Source: Alphaproteobacteria bacterium
GTDB taxonomy: Bacteria > Pseudomonadota > Alphaproteobacteria > SHVW01
NCBI GenBank assembly: GCA_016869645.1
Contig: VGDO01000003.1
Location: 14,875 to 78,874, forward strand
DNA length: 64,000 nt
Direction of reading: 5' to 3'
Part shown: positions 1-9,483 of the stretch, piece by piece
How positions within the stretch are numbered: the stretch's first letter is position 1
Layout: every line of letters starts with the position of its first letter
Notes under the pieces: generated by a model
Told to the model about the DNA's origin: nothing
Seen by the model: the letters and a program-made list of their open reading frames with translations, nothing else
The model's database searches: none
Program-made: the position numbers and the translations under genes

Positions 1-1023
1 CGTCTGGCGGCGCTCGAGACGACCATGGCCTCGCTGGTCACAGCATCCGCCAAGCCGATCCTCGAAGGCATGCTGGCGCGCGGCTTTACCAGCGTGCGCG
101 ACGCGGGCGGCGCCGATCAGGGCTTAGCGCAAGCCGTCGAGCAGGGCCTCTTTGATGGCCCGCGTATCTTCCATGCCGGGCGCGCCCTCAGCCAGACCGG
201 CGGCCATGCCGATTTCCGCGCGCTGACCCAGATGGTCGAGCCGTGCGTCTGCTGTGCGCTGCTCGGCGGCGCACTCGGCCGCATCGCCGACGGCGTCTCC
301 GAGGTGCGCCGCGCCGTGCGCGACGAGGTGCGCAAGGGCGCCTCCCAGATCAAGATCATGGCCTCGGGCGGCGTCGCCTCGCCGACCGACCCGATCGCTT
401 TCACCCAGTATTCCCTCGAGGAGATGCGCGCGATCGTCGAGGAAGCCGAGGCGGCCCAGACCTACGTGATGGCGCACGCCTACACGGCGCGCGCGATCCG
501 GCGCGCGGTCGAATGCGGCGTGCGCACCATCGAGCATGGCAATCTGATCGACAAGGCGACCGCCCAGCTGATGGCGAAGAAGGGCGTGTTCCTGGTGCCG
601 ACGTTGTCCACCTACGACGCGCTGCACCGCTTCGGCCGCAAGGCGGGCTTTCCAGAAGACTCGATGCGCAAGCTCGAGGTCGTCCGCGGCCAGGGGCTCG
701 AAGCGCTCAAGATCGCGCGTGCCGCGGGGGTGCGCATGGGCTACGGCACAGACTTGCTCGGCGAAATGCATGTCTTCCAGGCGGACGAGTTCACGCTGCG
801 CGCCCAGGCCGTGCCTGCCGCCGAAGTGATTCAGAGCGCCACTCTGATCAACGCGGAGATCCTCCTGCGCAAGGATGATCTGGGCGTCGTCAAGTCCGGC
901 GCGCTCGCGGATTTGATCGTTGTCGACGGCAACCCGCTCGACGACGTCACTCTGCTCCAGGGCCAGGGCAAGCACATGTCCATCATCATGAAGGGCGGCA
1001 AGCTGTTCAAGAATCGTCGCTAG
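1..1023 (+). CDS. Metal-dependent amidohydrolase (prolidase/carboxypeptidase-like amidohydrolase superfamily), 5' truncated by window edge
   Basis: Frame is open from position 1. Motifs GFTSVRDAGG, IKIMASGG, AHAY, IEHG, GTD and ADLIVVDGNP. The N-terminal HxH lies outside the window. Confidence 0.85.
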   Translation, partial: RLAALETTMASLVTASAKPILEGMLARGFTSVRDAGGADQGLAQAVEQGLFDGPRIFHAGRALSQTGGHADFRALTQMVEPCVCCALLGGALGRIADGVSEVRRAVRDEVRKGASQIKIMASGGVASPTDPIAFTQYSLEEMRAIVEEAEAAQTYVMAHAYTARAIRRAVECGVRTIEHGNLIDKATAQLMAKKGVFLVPTLSTYDALHRFGRKAGFPEDSMRKLEVVRGQGLEALKIARAAGVRMGYGTDLLGEMHVFQADEFTLRAQAVPAAEVIQSATLINAEILLRKDDLGVVKSGALADLIVVDGNPLDDVTLLQGQGKHMSIIMKGGKLFKNRR

Positions 1024-1043
1024 CGCCGACACGGGAGAATGCG

Positions 1044-1793
1044 ATGAGTGCCCAGCAGAAGAATTCGACGCCGCTCAGCCAGATCAACCGCAGCCGGCTG
1101 CGCCATATCAGCGTCGCGACCATCACGACGGCGCTGTTCAAGCGCGGCCTGCGCAACACGGCGATCCAGGGCGTAACACCCGTCAACCCGAACGCGCCGC
1201 GCATGGTCGGCGAGGCTTATACGCTACGCTACATTCCCGCGCGCGAGGATCTCGACTACATCAAGGTGTTCGAAGGACGTGGACACCCGCAGCGCGAAGG
1301 CATCGAGGCCTGCCCGCCGGGTCACGTCATGGTCATCGACTCGCGCAAGGACCCGCGCGCCGCCTCGGCCGGCGCCATCCTGATCACGCGACTGATGAAG
1401 CGTGGCGGCGCCGGCATCGTCACCGATGGCGGTTTCCGCGATTCGCCCGACATCGCCAGGCTCGAGTTTCCGGTCTATGCCGTGCAGCCTTCGGCACCGA
1501 CCAATCTGATCCGTCATCATGCCATCGACCTCAACGTGCCGATCGGCTGCGGCGACGTCCCCGTCTATCCCGGCGACATCGTCGTCGGCGACGGCGAGGC
1601 GGTCGCCGTCATTCCCGCAGAGATCGCCAATGAGATCGCCCAGGAAGCCTGGGACATGACCGTCTTCGAGGACTATGCCGAGGAGCAGGTCCGCGCCGGC
1701 CGCGCGCTCTGGGGCCTCTACCCGCCCGACGAAAAGACGCGCGCCGAGTTCGCTGCCGTCCGCGCCGAGCGGGAGAAGGCATACAAGCTCTAG
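1044..1793 (+). CDS. RraA-like / HMG-aldolase family protein
   Basis: GIVTDGGFRD and VPIGCGDVPVYPGDIVVGDGE motifs; GGAG RBS upstream. Confidence 0.85.
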   Translation: MSAQQKNSTPLSQINRSRLRHISVATITTALFKRGLRNTAIQGVTPVNPNAPRMVGEAYTLRYIPAREDLDYIKVFEGRGHPQREGIEACPPGHVMVIDSRKDPRAASAGAILITRLMKRGGAGIVTDGGFRDSPDIARLEFPVYAVQPSAPTNLIRHHAIDLNVPIGCGDVPVYPGDIVVGDGEAVAVIPAEIANEIAQEAWDMTVFEDYAEEQVRAGRALWGLYPPDEKTRAEFAAVRAEREKAYKL

Positions 1794-2272
1794 CCGTCCG
1801 CGTCGGTGCGCAGGCGCGACCCGCGCGCCGGCGGCGGCATCGGCTTGCCCCGGGGATCCTCGTAGCCGCCGCGATAGCGGTAGACGCCTTCGCCGGTGCC
1901 GATCAGTTCGCCGCCCGAGAACACCTCGACCGAGGCGAAGAAGATCTTCCGGCCCCCGCGCGTCCGGCGCGCCACTGCGCGGACGATGCCGTCGGTCGCC
2001 TGCCCCGTGAAGTTGGTCGAGATCGACAGGCTCATGCCGCGCCTGACATTGCCCGGCACCGCGCAATAGGTTCCAGAGAAGCCGCCGGCCGCATCGATCA
2101 TGGTCATGATCACGCCGCCATGAAGCACGCCCGACCGGTTGCGATGGCGATCGGCGATATCGAGCTCGAGCACCGCGTGGCCCTCGCGCCATTCGACCAG
2201 CCGGTACCCCAGCAGGTTCTGAAAGCCGGTGATCGGCTCCTGCTGGATCGGATCGTGAGCGTCCTCGGCCAT
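1790..2272 (-). CDS. PaaI-family hotdog thioesterase
   Basis: HRNRSGVLHGGVIMTMID motif; 160 aa. Confidence 0.85.
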   Translation of the reverse strand: MAEDAHDPIQQEPITGFQNLLGYRLVEWREGHAVLELDIADRHRNRSGVLHGGVIMTMIDAAGGFSGTYCAVPGNVRRGMSLSISTNFTGQATDGIVRAVARRTRGGRKIFFASVEVFSGGELIGTGEGVYRYRGGYEDPRGKPMPPPARGSRLRTDADG

Positions 2273-2442
2273 TGCGCGCGCTTTCGGGGTGAACGAGGTC
2301 CGGGAAGATAGCGGAGGCAGCCCGCGATGGTCCAGGCCGAGACCGACAAGGCGATTTTGGCCCCTTCCAGACCTGGAAGGCGGAATGTAGCCTTATGCCG
2401 CCGAGCAAGACCGGGCCGGCCCCACCGGAGAGCGTTCCGTCG

Positions 2443-3336
2443 ATGTCGACATCCTCGCTTGCCAAATCGAAGCGCGCGGCGCTCGCGGGGCGCCTGCAGA
2501 TCGGCAGCTTCGTCGTGGCGCCGGGCGTGTTCGACATGATCTCCGCGCGCATCGCCGACCGGCTCGGCTTCAACGCGCTCTACATGACCGGCTACGGCAC
2601 GGTCGCGTCCCATCTCGGACTGCCCGACGCGGGCCTCGCCAGCTATCGCGACATGGTCGACCGCGCGCGCATGATCGCCGAGGGCACCAACACGCCGCTC
2701 ATCGCCGATGCCGACACGGGCTACGGCGGACCGCTCAACGTGGCGCACACCGTGCGCGGCTACGAGACGGCCGGCGTATCGGCGTTGCAGATCGAGGATC
2801 AGGAATTCCCCAAGCGCTGCGGTCACACGCTCGGTCGCAAGGTCGTGTCGATGGCCGACATGGTGCGCAAGATCCAGGTGGCATCGGACTCGCGCACCTA
2901 TGCCGACTTCCTGATCATCGCGCGCACCGACGCGCGCACCTCGCTCGGTCTCGACGAGGCGCTGCGCCGCGGCGAGGCCTATCAGCGCGCCGGCGCCGAC
3001 ATCCTCTTTATCGAATCGCCGGAAAGCGAGGCCGAGATGGCCGAGATCGGCCGGCGCTTCGACGTGCCGCTGATGGCCAACATGGTCGAGGGTGGGCGCA
3101 CGCCGGTGGTCTCGGCCGACCGGCTGAAGCAGCTCGGCTACCGTGTCGCGATCTTTCCCGCCTTCGGCTTCCTCGCGGCAGGTGCGGCGCTGCGCGCCGC
3201 CTATGGCAAGCTCAAGCGTGACGGATCGAGCGTCGGCTTCGATCGCGAGCTCTATGGTTTCGAGGACTTCAACGAGCTGATGGGCTTCGAGCGCATCTGG
3301 GAATTCGACCGCACCTATGGCGAAGACGACGAGTAG
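2443..3336 (+). CDS. Isocitrate lyase/PEP mutase family lyase (methylisocitrate/dimethylmalate lyase-like)
   Basis: ADADTGYG, IEDQ, KRCGH, IIARTDA and ANMVEGG motifs. Start is uncertain (2395 or 2443). Confidence 0.88.
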   Translation: MSTSSLAKSKRAALAGRLQIGSFVVAPGVFDMISARIADRLGFNALYMTGYGTVASHLGLPDAGLASYRDMVDRARMIAEGTNTPLIADADTGYGGPLNVAHTVRGYETAGVSALQIEDQEFPKRCGHTLGRKVVSMADMVRKIQVASDSRTYADFLIIARTDARTSLGLDEALRRGEAYQRAGADILFIESPESEAEMAEIGRRFDVPLMANMVEGGRTPVVSADRLKQLGYRVAIFPAFGFLAAGAALRAAYGKLKRDGSSVGFDRELYGFEDFNELMGFERIWEFDRTYGEDDE

Positions 3337-4234
3337 CGCGGCAAACGCGCCGGTCGCCGAGGCGACCACCTATCGCGGGATGCCCGTCGAGGAGCTCGAG
3401 CGCCAGTACAATCCGCGCATCGCGGTGCCCGACTATGCCGACTATCTCGAGCGGCACAAGGCGACAAGCGCGGCCGTCCGCAACACGCTCAAGCCCCGAC
3501 TCGACATCCGCTATGGCGAGGGTCCGAAGTCGACACTCGACATATTCCGACCCACCTCCGCCAAATCCGCATCCGGCGGCTTGCCCATCCAGCTGTTCTT
3601 TCACGGCGGCTACTGGCGCAATCTCGACAAGAGCGATTTCAGCTTCGTCGCCGTGCCGCTGGTCGCCGCGGGTGCCATGGTCGTCGTGGTCAATTACGAT
3701 CTCTGCCCGTCGGTCAGCCTCGATGAGGTGGTCGCGCAGGCCTATGCCTCGATCGCCTGGACCGCACGGCACGCCGCCGAGCACGGCGGCGACCCCGCGC
3801 GCATCTTCATCTCCGGCAACTCCGCGGGCGCTCACCTCGTCGCCATGGCTGCCGCACGTGAATGGCGGCGCGACGGACTGCCCTCCGATCTGATCAAGGG
3901 TGCGGCCGCCATCACCGGCATCTTCGACATCGCACCGGTGCTCGACATCTCGGTCAACGCCGATATCCGACTCGACGCAGCCTCTGCGTGGCGCAATTCG
4001 CCGATGTACCGGCCGCCGCGCGCGGGCCTTCGCCTTCTGGTCGCGGTTGGCGCGAACGAGACGGCGGAATGGAAGCGCCAGTCGATCGACTACGCGGCGC
4101 TCGCGCGTGCCGCCGGGGCCGAGGTCACATTCATGGAGATTCCCGGCGCCAATCATTTTTCGATCAGCGAGCCGCTCGCGGATTCGGCCGGCACGTTGTC
4201 GCGCGCGATCATTGGCCAGATGGGGCTGGCATAG
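3317..4234 (+). CDS. Alpha/beta hydrolase, arylformamidase (kynurenine formamidase)-like
   Basis: HGGYW oxyanion motif, GNSAG nucleophile elbow and C-terminal NHF. Overlaps the upstream gene by 20 nt. Confidence 0.85.
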   Translation: MAKTTSSAANAPVAEATTYRGMPVEELERQYNPRIAVPDYADYLERHKATSAAVRNTLKPRLDIRYGEGPKSTLDIFRPTSAKSASGGLPIQLFFHGGYWRNLDKSDFSFVAVPLVAAGAMVVVVNYDLCPSVSLDEVVAQAYASIAWTARHAAEHGGDPARIFISGNSAGAHLVAMAAAREWRRDGLPSDLIKGAAAITGIFDIAPVLDISVNADIRLDAASAWRNSPMYRPPRAGLRLLVAVGANETAEWKRQSIDYAALARAAGAEVTFMEIPGANHFSISEPLADSAGTLSRAIIGQMGLA

Positions 4235-4376
4235 TCGAGGCCCATTGCCGGCCCTGCGGCCGATTGCCCGCCCCACGACCTTGTCACGCTGTGGTAATGT
4301 CGCCGTCATGCAATCGGCATCGCGCGGCAGGCGGGGGCCGTTGGCGCACAAGCCATTGACCGATTGGGGGAAGAGG

Positions 4377-6299
4377 GTGGTTCGATCCCGGCGATTTCGA
4401 TTCTGGCTGAGCAGCCTGGCCGTCTTCATGATGGTGGCCATGGCGGTCCGCCTGGGGCTCGCCTCCTGGGTCGCCTTGTTCGACACGCGCACGGTTCCCG
4501 ATCTGCTGATCGCGGTCGGCTTCGGCGCGGTAAACGACGCAGCCATGGCTCTGGCGCTTGGCCTGCCCTTCCTCATCGCGCTTTATGGGCTACAGCGGCC
4601 CTTGCGCTGGCGCCCCGTTGGCTGGCTCGCCCATGGACTGTTCATGGCGATGCTCGGCGTCCTCGTCTTCGCCGCCGTCGCCGAGTTCTTCTACTGGAAC
4701 GAGTTCAACAGCCGCTTTGCCGGGATCGCGGTCAACTACCTGATCTTTCCACGCGAGGTCATCGGCAATATCCGCGAATCCTTCGATCTGCGCGTCGTCC
4801 TGCCGCCGATCGTCGCGGCATCCCTGCTGCTCTACCTGCTGATGCGGCGCCCGTTGAGAGAGGCGTTGGTCGCGCCCCTCGCCCCCGGCGAGTTCCGGCG
4901 CAGTCTCGGCTTCACGGCCGCGGCATTCGCCGTGATACTGCCCCTGCTCTATTTCGGCCCGTTGCAGGCGAGCCAGAACCGCGAGGTCAACGAAGTCGCG
5001 CGCAACGGTCTCTATTCCCTGTTCCATGCCTTCCTGACCAACGACGCGAACTACGACGGCGTCTACCCCGGCATGGCCGAGCGCGAGGCGCTGCCGCTCA
5101 TGCGCGCGACGGTCGCGCAGGACAATACGCGCTTTCTCGATCCGGACGACCGGCGCAGCCTGCGCCGCTTCGTCGACAACGGGAACGCCCCGAAGAAGCT
5201 CAACGTCGTGCTCGTCATGAACGAGTCGTTCGGCTCGATCTTCGTCGACAGCCTGGACAATCCTCTGGTCGAATCGATCTCGCCGCATCTCGACCGCCTG
5301 GCCGAAGACGGACTGTTCTTCACCTCGATCTACTCGACCGGCGACCGCACGGTGCGCGGGCTCGAGTCCGTGCTGACCTCGTTCACGCCGATACCCGGCA
5401 TTTCGACGGCGCGGCGCGCCGGCTCCGAGGGCATGCATTCCATGCCCGTCCTGCTGCGCCAGCACGGCTACCGCTCGGCCATGCTCTATGGCGGCCGTGC
5501 CGTGTTCGACAACATGGGCCACTACTGGAACTCGATCGGCTTCGACCACGTGTGGGAGCAGAAGGACATCGCGGTTCCCGGCTTCACCACCGCCTGGGGC
5601 GTGGCCGACGAGTATCTCTACACCGATGCGCTCCGGCGCATGGACGAGCATGCGCGGCCGGGCCAGCCCTTCTTCCTCGCCTTGCTGACCGTATCGAACC
5701 ACCGGCCCTATACCTATCCGGAGGGCCGCATCGACAAGGACCCGCGCGGCAAGCGCCGCGAGAATGCGGCCACCTATGCCGACTGGGCGTTCGGCGATTT
5801 CGTCGAGCGCGCCCGCGCGCATTCCTGGTTCGACGACACGGTGTTCATCTTCATCGGCGACCACGGACCGAAGGTGAACGGCGCCGCCCAGGTGCCGGCC
5901 GAGGGCTTCCGCGTGCCTTTGCTCTTTTATGCACCGGCGCACATCAAGCCGGCGCGTCTCGACACCGTCGGTTCCAGCATGGATCTATTTCCGACGCTGC
6001 TCGGCCTGCTCGGCATCAGCCACGAGTCATCCTTCTTCGGCGTCGACCTGACGCGCGTGCCGCCTGGTGAGGGAAGGTTCGCCATGGCCCACAACTACTC
6101 GGTCGCCTGGGGCAAACGCGGGCAGGTCGCCGTGCTCGAGCCGAACGGGACGATCAAGGGGTACCGCGTTGTCGATGCAGGTCGCGAGCTCGAGCTGCTC
6201 GGCCGGCCCGATCCCGAGATCGCGCGCCTGGCGATCGCCGTAACGCAAACCGCACATCGAATGTTTTACGCGCGCGAGTATCACCAGCCGGGGTCGTGA
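4377..6299 (+). CDS. LTA synthase / phosphoglycerol transferase-like membrane protein (alkaline phosphatase/sulfatase superfamily)
   Basis: N-terminal TM helices, then NVVLVMNES, TGDRTVRG (Thr nucleophile), SNHRPY and GDHG. GTG start at 4377 is inferred; the 3900 start would overlap the upstream gene. Confidence 0.85.
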   Translation: MVRSRRFRFWLSSLAVFMMVAMAVRLGLASWVALFDTRTVPDLLIAVGFGAVNDAAMALALGLPFLIALYGLQRPLRWRPVGWLAHGLFMAMLGVLVFAAVAEFFYWNEFNSRFAGIAVNYLIFPREVIGNIRESFDLRVVLPPIVAASLLLYLLMRRPLREALVAPLAPGEFRRSLGFTAAAFAVILPLLYFGPLQASQNREVNEVARNGLYSLFHAFLTNDANYDGVYPGMAEREALPLMRATVAQDNTRFLDPDDRRSLRRFVDNGNAPKKLNVVLVMNESFGSIFVDSLDNPLVESISPHLDRLAEDGLFFTSIYSTGDRTVRGLESVLTSFTPIPGISTARRAGSEGMHSMPVLLRQHGYRSAMLYGGRAVFDNMGHYWNSIGFDHVWEQKDIAVPGFTTAWGVADEYLYTDALRRMDEHARPGQPFFLALLTVSNHRPYTYPEGRIDKDPRGKRRENAATYADWAFGDFVERARAHSWFDDTVFIFIGDHGPKVNGAAQVPAEGFRVPLLFYAPAHIKPARLDTVGSSMDLFPTLLGLLGISHESSFFGVDLTRVPPGEGRFAMAHNYSVAWGKRGQVAVLEPNGTIKGYRVVDAGRELELLGRPDPEIARLAIAVTQTAHRMFYAREYHQPGS

Positions 6300-6372
6300 C
6301 CGCCGGGCGGTTGCCGACCGCGCTTGAATGTGTCTCGACCGGACTGAATCGCTCCGTCGCTTGCCAAAGGCG

Positions 6373-6458
6373 GGGAGGATCGGGGCGGCTGGTCCTTGCG
6401 GTCGTGGGTTCCCTACCCCTCGGGCCCACCCCTCGATCCTCCCGCGCCCGAGCGCGGG
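6373..6458. repeat. Inverted repeats / stem-loops between convergent genes (REP-like element or terminator)
   Basis: GGGAGGATCG (6373-6382) pairs with CGATCCTCCC (6434-6443). An overlapping hairpin CCCGCGC-ccga-GCGCGGG lies at 6441-6458. Confidence 0.5.
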
Positions 6459-6492
6459 GGGACGCCTCAGTTCGGTTCGATTTGAACCAGCT

Positions 6493-7239
6493 TTACGCCT
6501 GGGTCAGGAATGTCTTGTAGTCCTCGCAGATATCGTTGACCGCCGCCTCGACCAGGCGGCGCCCATGCTCGGGCGAGGAGAGCGAGGGATCGGAGCCGAT
6601 GCGCCCATCCGGGAACAGCCGGCGATAGTCCTCGGCGTCGGCGAAGGCGCGCGGCGGCTTGCCGACCGGCTCCATGCGCGCATGCTTGATCGCCTGGGGA
6701 TAGGCGAATTGCGTCACCGACACTTCGCTCGGCGTGGCGTGGCTGCCCTCGCGGTCGCCGAACAGCTCCTTGGACAGCTTCTCGACCTGCGGCGTCTGCC
6801 ACCAGTTCTTGAGCGTGCAGCGGATCGAGGGCGCATTGCTGCCGGCCTTGAGGCTGGTCTCGGCATAGATCTCGGAGAAGGCGGCCGTGACGGTCGCGAT
6901 GTTGCCGCCATGGCCGTTGAGGAAGAAGAAGCGTTCGAAGCCGTGGCGGGTCAGCGACTGCACATAGTCGCGCACGACCTGGATCAGCGTCGATGGCCGG
7001 AGCGTGATCGAGCCGGTGAAGGCCAGGTGATGCTGCGCCATGCCCACGCTGATGGTCGGGCCGACCAGGGCGCCGATCTTGTCACCGATCCTGGCGCCGA
7101 TGAATTCCGGGCAGATCGCATCCGTGCCGATCAGGCCGTTGGGGCCATGCTGCTCGGTCGAGCCGATCGGGATGATGATACCCTTGGAATCCTTTAGGTA
7201 GGTCTCGACCTCGGCCCAGGTGCTCAGGTGCAAAAGCAT
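6493..7239 (-). CDS. Creatininase family amidohydrolase
   Basis: PIGSTEQHGP, GTD, NGHGGN and HAxxxE metal motifs. Start MLLHLSTW at 7239. Confidence 0.9.
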   Translation of the reverse strand: MLLHLSTWAEVETYLKDSKGIIIPIGSTEQHGPNGLIGTDAICPEFIGARIGDKIGALVGPTISVGMAQHHLAFTGSITLRPSTLIQVVRDYVQSLTRHGFERFFFLNGHGGNIATVTAAFSEIYAETSLKAGSNAPSIRCTLKNWWQTPQVEKLSKELFGDREGSHATPSEVSVTQFAYPQAIKHARMEPVGKPPRAFADAEDYRRLFPDGRIGSDPSLSSPEHGRRLVEAAVNDICEDYKTFLTQA

Positions 7240-7370
7240 GATCGGCGCTCCGAAATGCGGCAATGGCTGCGCTACATGCCCGATCCGGGCGATTTTGTCG
7301 ATTCCCCGTAGTTTTACCGGTCGCAAGACCTCAAGAATCGCGGCCGCCTGGCGCCTCAAATCCGCCAAAA

Positions 7371-7410
7371 TTGACAGGGCAAATAACAAAGGGTATCGGA
7401 AATATATATC
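7371..7410 (+). promoter_or_regulatory. Putative sigma70 promoter of the peptide ABC operon
   Basis: Perfect TTGACA at 7371, a 17-nt spacer, then TATCGG and an AT-rich tract in the divergent intergenic region. Confidence 0.45.
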
Positions 7411-7442
7411 AGCCTCCGGAAATAAGGGGGCGGGGAGGAAAA

Positions 7443-8447
7443 TTGCCGCCATTGCTCGCGGTCAGTGAACTGCACACCGAGTTCCGCACCGGTGCGGGCT
7501 TGGTGCGCGCGGTCGACGGCATTTCCTACACGGTCGACGCGGGCGAGACGGTGGCCATCGTCGGCGAAAGCGGGTCGGGCAAATCGGTCAGTGCGCTGTC
7601 GATCCTGCGCCTGATCCCGGACCCGCCGGGCCGAATCACCCAGGGCCAGATCCTGTTCAACGGACGCGACCTCATGCGCCTCACCGAAGAGGAGATGCGC
7701 GAGGTGCGCGGCGCCGACATCGGCATGATCTTCCAGGAGCCGATGACCTCGCTCAACCCGGTGCTCACCATCGGCCGCCAGATCACCGAGACCCTGGAGC
7801 AGCACCGCGGCGACGACGCTGCAACCGCAGCACGCCGCGCCGTCGAGCTGCTCGGCCTCGTCGGCATCTCCGATCCCCAGCGGCGCCTCGAGCAATATCC
7901 GCACCAGCTTTCCGGCGGCATGCGCCAGCGCATCATGATCGCCATCGCGATCGCGTGCGATCCCAAGATGATCATTGCCGACGAGCCGACCACGGCGCTC
8001 GACGTGACGATCCAGGCGCAGATCCTCGAGCTGATGAACGGCCTGCGCGAGCGCCTCGGCATCGCGCTGATCATCATCACCCACAATCTGGGCGTGGTCG
8101 CGCGCTATGCCAATCGCGTCAACGTCATGTATGCCGGCCGCATCGTCGAAACCGGCACCGCCAGGGACGTTTATGGCGATCCGCGCCATCCCTATACCAT
8201 CGCGCTACTGCGCTCCGTGCCGCGCCTCGATCGGCCGCGCCGCGCGCGGCTCGACCCGATCGAGGGCCAACCGCCCGATCTGACCCGGCTTGGCAAGGGC
8301 TGCTCGTTCCGCCCGCGCTGCCGGTTCGCCATCGCGACATGCGCCGAGGCGCCGCCGCCGCTCGAAACCGCCGGCGAGCGAGACCACCGCTCTGCCTGCT
8401 TCCGCAGTCACGAGCTCACAAAGGCGGCGGCCGAGGCGGCAGCATGA
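7443..8447 (+). CDS. Peptide/nickel ABC transporter ATPase (OppD/DppD-like)
   Basis: GESGSGKS Walker [17 protein letters not shown] and C-terminal oligo-HPY Cys motif. TTG start follows GGGAGG. Confidence 0.92.
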   Translation: MPPLLAVSELHTEFRTGAGLVRAVDGISYTVDAGETVAIVGESGSGKSVSALSILRLIPDPPGRITQGQILFNGRDLMRLTEEEMREVRGADIGMIFQEPMTSLNPVLTIGRQITETLEQHRGDDAATAARRAVELLGLVGISDPQRRLEQYPHQLSGGMRQRIMIAIAIACDPKMIIADEPTTALDVTIQAQILELMNGLRERLGIALIIITHNLGVVARYANRVNVMYAGRIVETGTARDVYGDPRHPYTIALLRSVPRLDRPRRARLDPIEGQPPDLTRLGKGCSFRPRCRFAIATCAEAPPPLETAGERDHRSACFRSHELTKAAAEAAA

Positions 8448-9460
8448 ACGCCATGGCGCAGGCCGAGCGACCGCTGCTCGAAGTCAAGGGCCTGCACATG
8501 CACTTCCCGATCACCAAGGGCGTGCTGCGCCGACGGCGCATCGGGGACGTCAGGGCGGTCGACGGCATCGACTTTTCGATCCAGCGCGGCGAGACCCTCG
8601 GCCTGGTCGGCGAGAGCGGCTGCGGCAAGACCACGACGGGCCGCTGCATCCTCCAGCTCGAGCGGCCGACCAGCGGCGAGGTGCTGTTCAACGGCGTCGA
8701 TATCATCAAGCTCGACGCGCGCGAGCTCCTGGCGCTGCGCCGGCGTATCCAGGTGATCTTCCAGGACCCCTACAGCTCGCTCAATCCGCGCATGAAGGTC
8801 GGCGACATCATCGCCGAGCCGATCAAGGTGCATGGTCTCCAGCCCGATGCGGCGCGGCGCACGGCGCGGGTGCGCGAGCTGCTCGAGGTGTGCGGCCTGC
8901 GCGCCAATTTCGCCGACCGCTACCCGCACGAGATGTCGGGCGGCCAGCGCCAGCGCGTGGGCATTGCGCGGGCGCTGGCCCTCGAGCCCGACCTGATCGT
9001 GTGCGACGAGGCGGTGTCGGCGCTCGACGTGTCGATCCAGGCGCAGGTCGTCAACCTGCTCGAGGATCTGCGCGAGAAGCTCGGCCTGACCTATCTGTTC
9101 ATCGCGCACGACCTCTCGGTCGTCCGCCATCTCTGCCATCGCGTCGCGGTCATGTATCTCGGGCGCATCGTCGAGCTGGCCGAATGCGACGAACTGTTCG
9201 ACAGTCCCCTTCACCCCTATACGCAGGCGCTGCTGTCCGCCGTCCAGGTCCCCGACCCGATGGTCGAGGCGGGTCGGCAGTTCCGCCCGCTCAAGGGGGA
9301 GGTGCCGAGCCCGATCAACCCGCCGGCCGGATGCGCCTTTCATCCGCGCTGTCCGATCGCGGTCGACGGCTGCAGACAGGCGAGGCCGGAGCTCAGAGAG
9401 GTCCGACCAGGACATTGGGTCGCTTGTAGTGAAGTGAATTTGGTGAGGAGTCGCGCATAA
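8444..9460 (+). CDS. Peptide/nickel ABC transporter ATPase (OppF/DppF-like)
   Basis: [24 protein letters not shown] and HPYT motifs; ATGA overlap with the upstream gene. Confidence 0.92.
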   Translation: MNAMAQAERPLLEVKGLHMHFPITKGVLRRRRIGDVRAVDGIDFSIQRGETLGLVGESGCGKTTTGRCILQLERPTSGEVLFNGVDIIKLDARELLALRRRIQVIFQDPYSSLNPRMKVGDIIAEPIKVHGLQPDAARRTARVRELLEVCGLRANFADRYPHEMSGGQRQRVGIARALALEPDLIVCDEAVSALDVSIQAQVVNLLEDLREKLGLTYLFIAHDLSVVRHLCHRVAVMYLGRIVELAECDELFDSPLHPYTQALLSAVQVPDPMVEAGRQFRPLKGEVPSPINPPAGCAFHPRCPIAVDGCRQARPELREVRPGHWVACSEVNLVRSRA

Positions 9461-9483
9461 ACCCATCACGGGAGGACAAGCTC

